A DNA stretch of 64,000 nt from IMG/VR virus record IMGVR_UViG_3300025000_000056. One strand, 5' to 3'. This DNA is from a virus. Lineage: Duplodnaviria > Heunggongvirae > Uroviricota > Caudoviricetes. Below, in pieces: positions 39,975 to 49,160 of this stretch; position 1 is the first letter of the stretch, and every line of letters starts with the position of its first letter. The notes under the pieces are model-generated. The model did no database searches. It was not told the DNA's origin and worked only from the letters and a program-made list of their open reading frames with translations. The translations under genes were made by a program, and so were the position numbers.

Positions 39975-41168
39975 TCACTCGCAAATCTTCCCAGGTGTGT
40001 CTAAACTGTTGTTGTCAATAAAACGTTTCACTTGTTTATCAATATTAGAATCCTTGAAATCAAACTGATCGAGCATGGCCTTAGTAAGACTATAAACTTG
40101 TCGAGCTTCTTTCTTTTGTTCCAATGAAGCAGCGATATCGTCTAGTTGCATCTTTTCTAAGGCATTGGTTTTACTTAGATCTGCCATTCGCGTCTGGTAA
40201 CTCGTCTCGACTAACTCCAGACCAGAAATTGCATCACTGAATAACTTTGTAATAGGTAGTGTGTCGTTCTTCGTACTTGTATTTGAAAACCAGTTAATTA
40301 GGGAACTTGAAGTTGTAGTTTTAAGATTTGATAAGATTTTCATATCACTATCAATCATTGCCCGCATAGACTCGGTATTTAGCCGCTTTGACCGGTTTTG
40401 GTTATCATCTGAAATAAAGGCTAATTGTTTAAATCGAAATTCTGTAATATCAGAAACATGACCTATATTATCAGGCCCGCCAAGAGCCATAGTTCTTACA
40501 ACGGAAGTAACGTCTTTAAATTGCTGATTAATACCGCTTGTTAGAACTTGTTTGATATTACCAACAAAACTTGAGACATTATTAATTCGATCGTTCGATG
40601 CGTCCAGTAAATTATGTTGTATCTTAAGTGATGTATAATCTTGAGCTCCTGGTTTCTTTATCTCTAGAGATACAAGTTTATTTATCTCTTTTTGTTCATC
40701 GTCTCTGTGCTTGTCGATATTATCGAATTGAGCCTTCCCGTTATAGAACGTATTACTAACATAAGCCTTATGCGTGTCTAAATTAGATTTAACATCTAAT
40801 AAATAGATTAGTGCCTCACCAGCAGTGCTGGCTTCCGGGCTATTGTTGTAATGGTCTTCGAATTGATCTCGTATCTCATAATTGTCGTTTTCCCTGGCTA
40901 ATCTATAATCCGCAATAGAAATACCACTATCGAGACGACCATCAAGGCACTGACCTAATTGATCGATCAGATCATCTAAAGCTTTAGAGGTATCTGCGAG
41001 ATTTTGTAAGACATCCGCAGCGGGCAACGACACAGTATCTAATAACGCCTGTGGCAAGTTCACAATATCAGATTCTGTTACATCGGTATCCGATATAATA
41101 GCAAGTAGACGTTTTGTGAATTCTAGCCTGGGAGAATACTCTAATTGTTGTCGCTCTAAATCATTCAT
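39975..41168 (-). CDS. Hypothetical helical protein
   Basis: 397 aa, AAGGAGG RBS, predicted mostly alpha-helical; no family recognised. Confidence 0.8.
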   Translation of the reverse strand: MNDLERQQLEYSPRLEFTKRLLAIISDTDVTESDIVNLPQALLDTVSLPAADVLQNLADTSKALDDLIDQLGQCLDGRLDSGISIADYRLARENDNYEIRDQFEDHYNNSPEASTAGEALIYLLDVKSNLDTHKAYVSNTFYNGKAQFDNIDKHRDDEQKEINKLVSLEIKKPGAQDYTSLKIQHNLLDASNDRINNVSSFVGNIKQVLTSGINQQFKDVTSVVRTMALGGPDNIGHVSDITEFRFKQLAFISDDNQNRSKRLNTESMRAMIDSDMKILSNLKTTTSSSLINWFSNTSTKNDTLPITKLFSDAISGLELVETSYQTRMADLSKTNALEKMQLDDIAASLEQKKEARQVYSLTKAMLDQFDFKDSNIDKQVKRFIDNNSLDTPGKICE

Positions 41169-41188
41169 TTAAAACCTCCTTAAAGAAT

Positions 41189-41385
41189 GGCCGGAGATAC
41201 TAAGGGGAGGGATAGTACTCCGGCCTAGAAGAAGAGTAAGGAGTGTCGTACCGAGAGGAAAGCGGACAACACTAGAAGAGTGATCATGGCGGCAGCCACG
41301 CCGCCTTATAGGTGAGCGGGAATGCACGAAGCTAACTTTCCCGCTAGATCACCGAATCTTAGCTTGCTTTAAGTGCAAGTAACTT
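41189..41385 (-). ncRNA. Candidate structured RNA/leader of about five hairpins with C/U-rich loops
   Basis: Stems GGCCGGAG/CTCCGGCC, GTGTTGT-CCG/CGG-ACGACAC (needs a G.U pair, favouring the minus strand), GGCGGC/GCCGCC, GGTGA-GCGGGAA/TTCCCGC-TCACC and CTTGC/GCAAG fill the 220-nt gap after TerL. Confidence 0.45.
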
Positions 41386-41389
41386 TAGA

Positions 41390-43117
41390 TTAAAAGGATT
41401 TGCGAGATGGAGCGCCTCCTCGTTGTCCTCTACCACCGCGTCTCATTTCAACACCATAAACGCTACCATGTATCATGGGAATTTTACGAGGTGGTGGTTC
41501 AATGTCTCGATCCTTAGTAGGATCGGACGTTTGCCGATTTTGAGTACCATCTAAGGCATTAACACCAACAATCCGATTAGTATGAGAGACCTTAAGCATC
41601 TCAGAATACTTAGTCGTAAAACCATGAATACACAGACAAAAAGCATCGATAATATGCTCGTTAACATCCGTATATTTCGGGCGACCTTCTGAACCAAGTG
41701 AAACAACGTGATAATCTTCGAGTTGTTTAATAAATAACTTATCCGTCGGATTTAAGGCAACTTGCTGCTTCTCAAAAGCGACAACTGCATTGTTAACCAT
41801 AAAGGGCTTAATGTCTTTCTTGATCTTTGTTCTCGTAATAGGATCCCTGACAACAATCTTATCTGAGAAACTAATCGGGATAATCTTTCGAGCAAGACCC
41901 GATGCTGGGTTCTTTTTGCCATAAAGTTTTAATAACTCTACTTGAGTTTCTCCGTAGCCGCGGTCCAAAACGATCCAGTCCCATTTGAACTCGTCATTAA
42001 GTTCTATTATCTTGTCAACCGCATTAGTTAAGGTGAATTCTGTTCTTGGAATTGACACTCTCACAATTGGAACGAATAAACCACGAGATTCGTCAAATTC
42101 AACACCAAGAATAGTAGACTCTGCTCCATACTTATCCCAATCTACCCCGAGGATACGGGGTCCGCGTTTAGGCGTTATCGTAGGATCATCTTTATCGCGA
42201 TACCGGATATTAAGTTCTACACCTTTGGCTTTCGCTTTATCAATGAAACGGTTTTGGAAGACCCCAACAGCTTCTTCACCAAATTCTGCCATAACCTCTT
42301 GTTGGAATCTGAGTTCTGTTAATTCGTCTTCTATATCTTCGAAATACGTTCTATTGGTCTCTGGGTTGATTTTTAGGAGCTCTTTGTTAACAGTTGATGG
42401 AGCATGGAAATGTGACCAACCATTTCCCCTTTTCTTAGTACCCTTATACTTGAAAGGTGTTCCATTAAGTATTTCTTGGACATCCGTCGTCATTGGTGTA
42501 TAACTATACGTCGCATCTTGGCACCATTTATAGTAACTACCGCGACGACCCGAGGGGGTTGATGTTGCAATGATCTTAATACGTTCAGGTGCTTCATTTC
42601 GGATGTTGATGATATTCGTGATATCGTCTTCACCCATATAATCAACTTCGTCTAAAATAAGCACATCAGCATGCTGACCACGGGTATTATTAGCGCCGGT
42701 TCCTGATTTCGATCCGGCCGTTAATCCTTTGATACACGTTCCATTATGAAACTCGATACAGTGATAAACATCGCGTTTAATGGTACCTTTTAAGGTTGTA
42801 GAGATATCAATTAATTCATGGAGCCGCTTGAAGATAAGATCGATCTGAGTTTCGTATGGCGTAATAATCAAGATATCGTATTGGTTATTAGGTCCCTTAT
42901 TAATCTGTGTTTGAGAATGCCAAAGGATTGCAACCGCTAGTTTCTCTGTTTTTCCTAGACGCCTACCAAGACGTAAGACGACTAGAGGCTTTGTACACAT
43001 CATATTAAGTGGATCAATCTGATAATCCCGTGCTGTCCAGTTCAACTCGGCTTGAGCCCATAGGACTGGATTTTGTAGCACACTATAGAGTTGTAGTTCT
43101 TCCGGTGTCAGAGTCAT
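41390..43117 (-). CDS. terL: Terminase large subunit
   Basis: LGRRLGKT Walker A, LILDEVD Walker B, TSTPSG motif III, RuvC-like GVDWD..DRGYG..HIIDAF. Confidence 0.93.
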   Translation of the reverse strand: MTLTPEELQLYSVLQNPVLWAQAELNWTARDYQIDPLNMMCTKPLVVLRLGRRLGKTEKLAVAILWHSQTQINKGPNNQYDILIITPYETQIDLIFKRLHELIDISTTLKGTIKRDVYHCIEFHNGTCIKGLTAGSKSGTGANNTRGQHADVLILDEVDYMGEDDITNIINIRNEAPERIKIIATSTPSGRRGSYYKWCQDATYSYTPMTTDVQEILNGTPFKYKGTKKRGNGWSHFHAPSTVNKELLKINPETNRTYFEDIEDELTELRFQQEVMAEFGEEAVGVFQNRFIDKAKAKGVELNIRYRDKDDPTITPKRGPRILGVDWDKYGAESTILGVEFDESRGLFVPIVRVSIPRTEFTLTNAVDKIIELNDEFKWDWIVLDRGYGETQVELLKLYGKKNPASGLARKIIPISFSDKIVVRDPITRTKIKKDIKPFMVNNAVVAFEKQQVALNPTDKLFIKQLEDYHVVSLGSEGRPKYTDVNEHIIDAFCLCIHGFTTKYSEMLKVSHTNRIVGVNALDGTQNRQTSDPTKDRDIEPPPRKIPMIHGSVYGVEMRRGGRGQRGGAPSRKSF

Positions 43118-43159
43118 GGCATCACCTGCCTAGGTATTATAACGACCTGGTTAAGTCGA

Positions 43160-43600
43160 TTATCTATGTAACATTCGTGCTTCGTTTCCTAAAACACTAC
43201 GGGCATTTAGGCGACTCTCTTGAATCGCTTGCATATTACGCTGTCTTAATGTATGACTTTGTTCCGTCTCTTGAAAATTACGAGAACCAAATCTTGCTTC
43301 ACCTGGATTAGTTGTTAAACGCTCTAAATTCTTCTTACCTAATTCCATCATTTTAATAGGCGTTGGTACTCCGAGCATGTCCATTCCTGCACCAATAAAA
43401 TCAAGACCCATTTTAACTTCCATAATAGGAGCAAAAGCATACCATTTAAGGGCTTCAAGTGCTGCGTGACCAGCGGCCTTTGAAGTACTTTCGCCATCCA
43501 TCTTACGTATGGCGAATTCAATTCCTCCGCCGAAGGCTGCAACACCTATACCACTAGAATGCTTTCTAACTCCAGAACGTGTTGTTTGTTGTGTTGCCAT
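43160..43600 (-). CDS. Small Gly/Ala-rich protein (putative internal/ejection protein)
   Basis: 146 aa; GIGVAAFGGG hydrophobic segment; C-term TLRQRNMQAIQESRLNARSVLGNEA. Confidence 0.7.
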   Translation of the reverse strand: MATQQTTRSGVRKHSSGIGVAAFGGGIEFAIRKMDGESTSKAAGHAALEALKWYAFAPIMEVKMGLDFIGAGMDMLGVPTPIKMMELGKKNLERLTTNPGEARFGSRNFQETEQSHTLRQRNMQAIQESRLNARSVLGNEARMLHR

Positions 43601-43610
43601 TTATTTCACC

Positions 43611-44474
43611 TCATCGACGATTATGCAAGGCAAAGACTAAATCGCCCGTTGCTCCTAATGAGTCTATCCTACTGCTACGAGTTGCAGCTATCGCAACATC
43701 GTCAACTTGCATCATAGCAGTTTTAGACAAACTATTATCTTTCTTTTCTTTCTTGTCAATCAATTTCGGTGCAAACCGAGAATCGTCTTCAAGGCCTGGC
43801 GTTACGTAAGGATTGATCATATAAGGATCTTTCTGAGGTAAGTTTTGTTCTCTAGCGGTACTTAATACTCCATAAGTACCAAAACCAGCTAAAGCACCAT
43901 AACCTAATACTGCTTTGCCACTACGGCTATTCGAAACCCTATTGGCGACCCGTGCTGTTTGAAGTATCGATCCACCAACTAAGTCAATGGCTCCTGGTAT
44001 TTGCTTTATGACGTGCTCCGTGGCGGCGACCCCACCACGAAAAGCCGCTCCTCCTGCAATATTGAGAACTGGCGTGACTAACTTAATAGGCGACACGACG
44101 GTCTTTACGCCCATACTCGTCGCAAAACCCGCTGCCTTAGTCAAAGTACTTAAAGGCCCGATACTCCATGGATTCCATGTTTGCGCTCGTTCTCTGGCAA
44201 ACTTTTGCATTTCTCGGATTCCACCTAATTTACGAGCTTCACCAAGTTCTTTAAAGAAGGTTCCCTTGCGTGCTCCTTCGAATAAACCGGAAATAAAGGA
44301 CCCAGGCATCCACATAACATCCATGGTTTCATTCATTAAAGTGCCGCCAGGGTTAATGACTGACTCACCGACACCTTTTACAGTCTTATCTAGGCCTTTA
44401 GCAAATTTGTATCCTTCTTTAAGTCCCTTATATTTATCAGCTAATTTAGATAAGAACATTAAGGGATTTGCCAT
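43611..44474 (-). CDS. Gly/Ala/Lys-rich protein (putative internal/ejection protein)
   Basis: 287 aa; AVLGYGALAGFGTYGVL segment; C-term SLGATGDLVFALHNRR. Confidence 0.7.
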   Translation of the reverse strand: MANPLMFLSKLADKYKGLKEGYKFAKGLDKTVKGVGESVINPGGTLMNETMDVMWMPGSFISGLFEGARKGTFFKELGEARKLGGIREMQKFARERAQTWNPWSIGPLSTLTKAAGFATSMGVKTVVSPIKLVTPVLNIAGGAAFRGGVAATEHVIKQIPGAIDLVGGSILQTARVANRVSNSRSGKAVLGYGALAGFGTYGVLSTAREQNLPQKDPYMINPYVTPGLEDDSRFAPKLIDKKEKKDNSLSKTAMMQVDDVAIAATRSSRIDSLGATGDLVFALHNRR

Positions 44475-44488
44475 TTATTTCACCACCA

Positions 44489-44917
44489 TTAAAATGGCAA
44501 TCCGGCAATATCCGATTCACCATTAGAATTCGTAAAAGGAGTTCCTCCACTTGCTAATCGCGCTACATTCGATCCTACCATCCATCCTGCGCCAATACGA
44601 GCCGCTCGCTGTGTTCCAGTAAGACCTCTACCGTCAGTACCCTTCCAGAAATATTCCTTAGCAGCATCTTTAATTGCTCCACCAGTACCAAAAACATAAT
44701 CACCTAATGAAGTATCTTGCATGCCCTCTTGTAATGGTACGGGTCCGGCCGTTTTTGAATTAGGCGTTAGAAGCCTTTTAACTCTGTTATCGGTTTTTCC
44801 TGCAATTCGATCTGTTAATCTAGATTCGATTGAACGATTTGCAATCATACCAGGTTCTACAAAGGTTTTCGTAAGTCCTCGTTCGGCTGCCTTCAACGCA
44901 TTATCTAATAATCCCAT
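44489..44917 (-). CDS. Small basic protein with C-terminal SDIAGLPF motif
   Basis: 142 aa; C-terminus shared with the next gene. Confidence 0.7.
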   Translation of the reverse strand: MGLLDNALKAAERGLTKTFVEPGMIANRSIESRLTDRIAGKTDNRVKRLLTPNSKTAGPVPLQEGMQDTSLGDYVFGTGGAIKDAAKEYFWKGTDGRGLTGTQRAARIGAGWMVGSNVARLASGGTPFTNSNGESDIAGLPF

Positions 44918-44930
44918 TTAACTCACCACC

Positions 44931-45539
44931 TTAAAAGAATGGTATGCCGGCGATATCCGATTGACCGTCGGCCGTTCGCGCCATAGTTCCACCGGTTGCA
45001 TAACGATATCCTACACCAAGTATACCAGGAGATGCTAATACTGCATGTTTAGCCATTATTTCAGTTAATGGTCCTGATGTCATATAATGCTTGGCAGCAC
45101 CGCCAACTACTTTTGCTTGACCCCAAAATCCCGTGCCAGATTCAGAAATCTCTTTATCAATAGCACTACTAGGTGCCATGACATTATCAAATTTAGCTTT
45201 ATTTTTCTCATAAAGCCCATTAACTTTGTCATATCCCCTTGGATCGGCTTTTCTCCAATTTATTTCATCACCGTACTTAGCAATACGACTATCTCGTATT
45301 TTATCAATAGTAGCGTCCCTTTTATAAAGGTGTTCAGCTTCTGGTAAAACTCGATCGGCTTCTCTACCTTGTTTCGATGTTAGTTGAGCAGCTTTCTTAA
45401 TGTTATCTTCATATTTACTGGCTAAATTATCTAATCCTCGTTTTGCTGACTTACCTCCTGGTATCGTACCAAGACCTCGTATAAGATTTCCAAATAAAGT
45501 CCCGGCAACTTGAACCGACTGGTTATTTACTAATCCCAC
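44931..45539 (-). CDS. Basic protein with C-terminal SDIAGIPFF motif
   Basis: 202 aa; C-terminus shared with the previous gene. Confidence 0.7.
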   Translation of the reverse strand: MGLVNNQSVQVAGTLFGNLIRGLGTIPGGKSAKRGLDNLASKYEDNIKKAAQLTSKQGREADRVLPEAEHLYKRDATIDKIRDSRIAKYGDEINWRKADPRGYDKVNGLYEKNKAKFDNVMAPSSAIDKEISESGTGFWGQAKVVGGAAKHYMTSGPLTEIMAKHAVLASPGILGVGYRYATGGTMARTADGQSDIAGIPFF

Positions 45540-45541
45540 GC

Positions 45542-46189
45542 TTACTCACCTTCTTCAACCATTTCGATATTTGTGATATCGACAACGTTACTTAGGAATC
45601 CATCTTTTTGGAGTTCCTTAACCTTAGCCATAAGGTTTGCAGCATTCGTTGAAGCGTCGAAAGCACCTTTAAGGCTTGATTCTTTATCCTTGCGTGTACT
45701 ATTCATCTTCTCTAGGATCTTTTGTCTACTCATACGAAGTTTATCCTTAAGTTCTAAGGATTTACTTAATTCATTCTTATAATAAGCCTTGCCGTCCGGA
45801 CCAATAGCAGCCACAACCGACTCAATAAAGTCCGCATCGATGGCCATTTTCTGATCTGCTCTAAGCATCATGACTTCAATGTCAATTAAATCCTTAACGA
45901 ATCCAAGATCGACGGTCTGTCGATCATCGCTAGGATCAATTCCGAATTCAGTACAATACTTTTGGAATCGATTAACAATCGCTGCAATCTCAACCGGGCA
46001 GCGATCGCCCACTTGTTGGTTAGTAACAGGAATCATACATGTTAAAGCAAAAGGACACTTTGGTCCCTTGCAAATAATCGGTATACCAGCATACATACCA
46101 TGATCTAATCTGATCATTACACTGGCATCATTGACGTTTTGTACGTTAACGTTCCAAACACTAGGTAAAGCAAGATTTGCAATGCTCAT
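45542..46189 (-). CDS. Putative terminase small subunit with Cys4 motif
   Basis: CKGPKCPFALTC..CPVE followed by helical/coiled-coil region; upstream of TerL. Start re-assigned to ATG 46189 (GGGGAG RBS); track start 46228. Confidence 0.5.
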   Translation of the reverse strand: MSIANLALPSVWNVNVQNVNDASVMIRLDHGMYAGIPIICKGPKCPFALTCMIPVTNQQVGDRCPVEIAAIVNRFQKYCTEFGIDPSDDRQTVDLGFVKDLIDIEVMMLRADQKMAIDADFIESVVAAIGPDGKAYYKNELSKSLELKDKLRMSRQKILEKMNSTRKDKESSLKGAFDASTNAANLMAKVKELQKDGFLSNVVDITNIEMVEEGE

Positions 46190-46262
46190 ATTTAACTCCC
46201 CTTGTCGGACATCGCTGGTCCGCGCCAATCCTAACTACATCGCTCCAGGATTCCGACATAAT

Positions 46263-46433
46263 TTATACGTAATTTAATAGATCTAGACTCAATGCAATGA
46301 CACAGACATCTACGATCATGCCAGTTATGAGTCTATAATCCTTGAGACCATGACGACGAATGTAAAGTATGGTCTCTATGGCGCTCATTGATGACAGTCC
46401 GAACGCCGCACCTAGAAGAAAAACTGCAAACAT
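46263..46433 (-). CDS. 56-aa two-TM membrane protein (below track cut-off)
   Basis: AGGGG RBS, MFAVFLLGAAFGLSSMSAIETILYIRRHGLKDYRLITGMIVDVCVIALSLDLLNYV. Confidence 0.6.
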   Translation of the reverse strand: MFAVFLLGAAFGLSSMSAIETILYIRRHGLKDYRLITGMIVDVCVIALSLDLLNYV

Positions 46434-46488
46434 GGTATCAGCCCCTTGCAGTTCCCTCCCCGCATGAGCGAATTATGTCCACTCATTA

Positions 46489-46520
46489 ATATATAATCCC
46501 AGTAAATACGGCCTATTGTA
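46489..46520 (-). promoter_or_regulatory. Candidate late promoter TACAA-N21-ATATAT (copy 2)
   Basis: Minus strand TACAA-TAGGCCGTATTTACTGGGATT-ATATAT upstream of the TerS-TerL unit. Confidence 0.55.
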
Positions 46521-46857
46521 ACTCTTCGACAGTTTTTGGCAGGACTTTATTTCTAATATATTCCTGCGCTTGTAAAGCAGTAAGACTAAGCTCTCTAACC
46601 TTAACTTTCTTACCACGACACTCAGGACAGATACGTCGCATATGATCTTTACGATTAATCCAGGTAATAATTCCGCATCGTATGCATTCATAATGTTTGT
46701 CTGTCCTATTATCTAAGTTAGCCTTAGGTATTCCGTGACTATGTCGGGCTCTGTTGACGGTCGCTCTACTAAATCCTAGTATCTCGGCGATCTCATCGTC
46801 AAAGAGCCCTTCGTCTTGACTTAATTTGCGTACTTCATTGACCATTAATGGAATCAT
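46513..46857 (-). CDS. HTH plus zinc-ribbon DNA-binding protein
   Basis: FDDEIAEILGFSRATVNRAR (HTH) followed by CIRC..CPEC. Confidence 0.75.
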   Translation of the reverse strand: MIPLMVNEVRKLSQDEGLFDDEIAEILGFSRATVNRARHSHGIPKANLDNRTDKHYECIRCGIITWINRKDHMRRICPECRGKKVKVRELSLTALQAQEYIRNKVLPKTVEELQ

Positions 46858-46859
46858 TG

Positions 46860-47438
46860 TTACTCATCTCCGTCTAATAGATTCATTGGGAGTATTATCC
46901 CTGCCTGTTTTATTGCTAATTCGAGCATCAGACAATAACGTTCCAGCGTTTCAAGTCTGTGTTCAAGTTTAGTCATCCGCTCATTCTCTTCATCTTCCGT
47001 TTTATAGTAAGAATAATCCGATATAGCGTGTTGACCAACGCTCGAAGCAGTTGTCGTTGTCATAACTGCGTCACTTACTGCAGATACTGCTTGATCATAA
47101 GTATGCCAGGGTTGTATTACACTAGAAAGATTATTCGAAGCCTTAAGGAAATCGCGAGCCCCGCCCTCTACTTTAATACTTGCTCCGCCATGAGGATTTA
47201 ACTGATACTTAGTAATCTTTCCGATCACATGACTACGAGCCATGACATCACAATCTAGATCGAGAGAGGTAAATGAAGCCGTATGTGGCCCCTCGATAAA
47301 GTAAGTCGTTTCCATTGTGCCTCGATTCATAGTGTAGTTTGTAATTATACCTAATTCCTTACCATTAAGATAAGCTGTAACGTTCAATAAACTCATACTT
47401 GCTGTTGCCATACTAATTACTCCTCTCAATTCTGTCAT
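46860..47438 (-). CDS. Hypothetical protein
   Basis: 192 aa; C-term KLEHRLETLERY resembles that of the neighbour. Confidence 0.7.
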   Translation of the reverse strand: MTELRGVISMATASMSLLNVTAYLNGKELGIITNYTMNRGTMETTYFIEGPHTASFTSLDLDCDVMARSHVIGKITKYQLNPHGGASIKVEGGARDFLKASNNLSSVIQPWHTYDQAVSAVSDAVMTTTTASSVGQHAISDYSYYKTEDEENERMTKLEHRLETLERYCLMLELAIKQAGIILPMNLLDGDE

Positions 47439-47790
47439 TGATTAAATTGACATAAGCCTGCAAATGCTCTAAGCGCCGTTCTAACTTAGCAAGCTTAGTA
47501 TGATCCACAATATTAGGCCCTTGTCCAATAACGGAACATACATAACCCGTTATACTAACGCCCGTAGTGGAGAAGGGATTCGACTTCATAATAGATCTAA
47601 TAAGACCGATGTCATTACCACTCGAATCATAAACAGAGTGATCGTTCATAAGAGCTATATCAAGTTCAGTCCGAACACAAGCGTTCCATTTACATAAATC
47701 CGTCCTGCCGGTCGTTAACGTGAGACTATGTATCTCGCCCAGGTACGTAGTACCTGGCGCGTCCAGGTATAGCTTATCTCCAACTCGCAT
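47413..47790 (-). CDS. Hypothetical protein (distant paralogue of neighbour)
   Basis: GGAGGG RBS supports ATG 47790 (track start 47808); C-term KLERRLEHLQAY. Confidence 0.65.
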   Translation of the reverse strand: MRVGDKLYLDAPGTTYLGEIHSLTLTTGRTDLCKWNACVRTELDIALMNDHSVYDSSGNDIGLIRSIMKSNPFSTTGVSITGYVCSVIGQGPNIVDHTKLAKLERRLEHLQAYVNLINDRIERSN

Positions 47791-47806
47791 GTACATCCCT
47801 CCTATC

Positions 47807-47838
47807 ATATATCAACGATCAATTTCTTTATATTTGTA
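47807..47838 (-). promoter_or_regulatory. Candidate late promoter TACAA-N21-ATATAT (copy 3), at the strand switch
   Basis: Minus strand TACAA-ATATAAAGAAATTGATCGTTG-ATATAT directly upstream of the first leftward gene. Confidence 0.55.
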
Positions 47839-48021
47839 ACATGATGCCGCTTATAAGGGTGGATTTTTGACATAGGTATATGTGGGGATTTGGGAATTGA
47901 TGGAAATCTTGAGAGCACTGTCATCTGAGATATAAATTGTATCGGTGGTAGGACTCATATTTAAAGCAACTTAGTGCGAAACGTACCCCACTGGTTGTAT
48001 GTAAGGAAGGAGGACTGCATC

Positions 48022-48141
48022 ATGACCAAGAGACAATTAAAGTTTCAAGAACTATTGCAACAAGCCATTGCTAAGTTAATCGAAGAAGAAAAGCTTCAAC
48101 CACTTAAATCCATGCCTATCTATAAAACTATTAAGAAATAA
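48022..48141 (+). CDS. 39-aa protein, first rightward gene (below track cut-off)
   Basis: AAGGAGG RBS, MTKRQLKFQELLQQAIAKLIEEEKLQPLKSMPIYKTIKK. Confidence 0.65.
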   Translation: MTKRQLKFQELLQQAIAKLIEEEKLQPLKSMPIYKTIKK

Positions 48142-48146
48142 GGAGG

Positions 48147-48410
48147 ATGATTACTATGTCTGATAAACAAATGCAGGCTGCTATTATCATCAAGGGTATC
48201 ATTGAACGTAAGCTTATTGACCAAGGCCTTACTATGCAACACATCACAGATACCGAGGTAGGTGAGATCATTGCTGAATCACTTAAGTGCATACGACGCA
48301 TGAAGGCGCAAGGTGCTACTGATCAACACACTATTACTATCATGACAAGCTTTATTGATAATCGTTGTTCTATTATTAGGTATCTATGTGCCATAAGGAG
48401 AGATGAGTAG
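48147..48410 (+). CDS. Hypothetical early protein
   Basis: 87 aa, AAGGAGG RBS. Confidence 0.7.
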   Translation: MITMSDKQMQAAIIIKGIIERKLIDQGLTMQHITDTEVGEIIAESLKCIRRMKAQGATDQHTITIMTSFIDNRCSIIRYLCAIRRDE

Positions 48411-48486
48411 TGCTGTTAGAGTACTAGTGACAGTGTACTCTATAGAGCGCTGTGCTCTTAATGATAGATACATTAAATGAAGGGAG

Positions 48487-48708
48487 GTGATATGTATGTT
48501 AAATCGTGAGGATCTTATAGCTATCCATGATCGTCTGTTTAAGAACGGTACTATACAGGTTGATGCTATGCGTGCTATGCATGTAGAGGGCAATACAATC
48601 AAGATTAAGATTACCCATTGCAAGCTTATGACAATCAAAGCATACTACGTACTACACGAAGGCGAGCTTGTTTACTTTGCAGCACAAGCTAGATCAGTAG
48701 ATCAGTAA
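48487..48708 (+). CDS. Hypothetical early protein
   Basis: About 70 aa, GGGAGGTGA RBS (ATG at about 48496 is the likely start). Confidence 0.65.
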   Translation: MICMLNREDLIAIHDRLFKNGTIQVDAMRAMHVEGNTIKIKITHCKLMTIKAYYVLHEGELVYFAAQARSVDQ

Positions 48709-48719
48709 TAAAGAAAGGT

Positions 48720-49160
48720 GTGTACAACATGTTTATTAATTGTGATGATGTAAATCTAGAAACAACAAAGACCTTTGCAAGTAAGATTCTCAGAAAGATA
48801 CGTAAGCTCTATGTCGGTAAGCCGTTTAAACTAAAGTATACCTGGGCTATGGATCTCAATGCTATTTGGGAATCGGATAAACACTTTGTTATTCCTTACT
48901 ATTGCTATAACGAAAAAGGATTAGGATACAAGGTGTTCTTGCGGCTTCCTAAGCGTGAGCCTATAGTTGGTACGTTGTACGGGTATGACATTTATGGTAA
49001 TAAACATGTGCTTGCTGTTAACGTCTTTCCTGCTACCTTTCATGATCCTAGTTGTGTTATTAAGATGATTCAAATGGTTGCCAAGGTACCTATTGAGTAT
49101 GGTCGAGAACAATTGGCGTTTAACTTCAAGATTAGTAACGAAGGAGGTGATGCCATTTAA
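48720..49160 (+). CDS. Hypothetical early protein
   Basis: 146 aa, AAAGG RBS. Confidence 0.65.
   Translation: MYNMFINCDDVNLETTKTFASKILRKIRKLYVGKPFKLKYTWAMDLNAIWESDKHFVIPYYCYNEKGLGYKVFLRLPKREPIVGTLYGYDIYGNKHVLAVNVFPATFHDPSCVIKMIQMVAKVPIEYGREQLAFNFKISNEGGDAI

Noticed and set aside
169-46103. Dozens of plus-strand ORFs of 60-190 aa in the track opposite the late genes (e.g. 29754..30314, 41985..42503, 43987..44526)
   Set aside because: They are antisense shadows of long minus-strand genes, lack RBSs and have no recognisable motifs.
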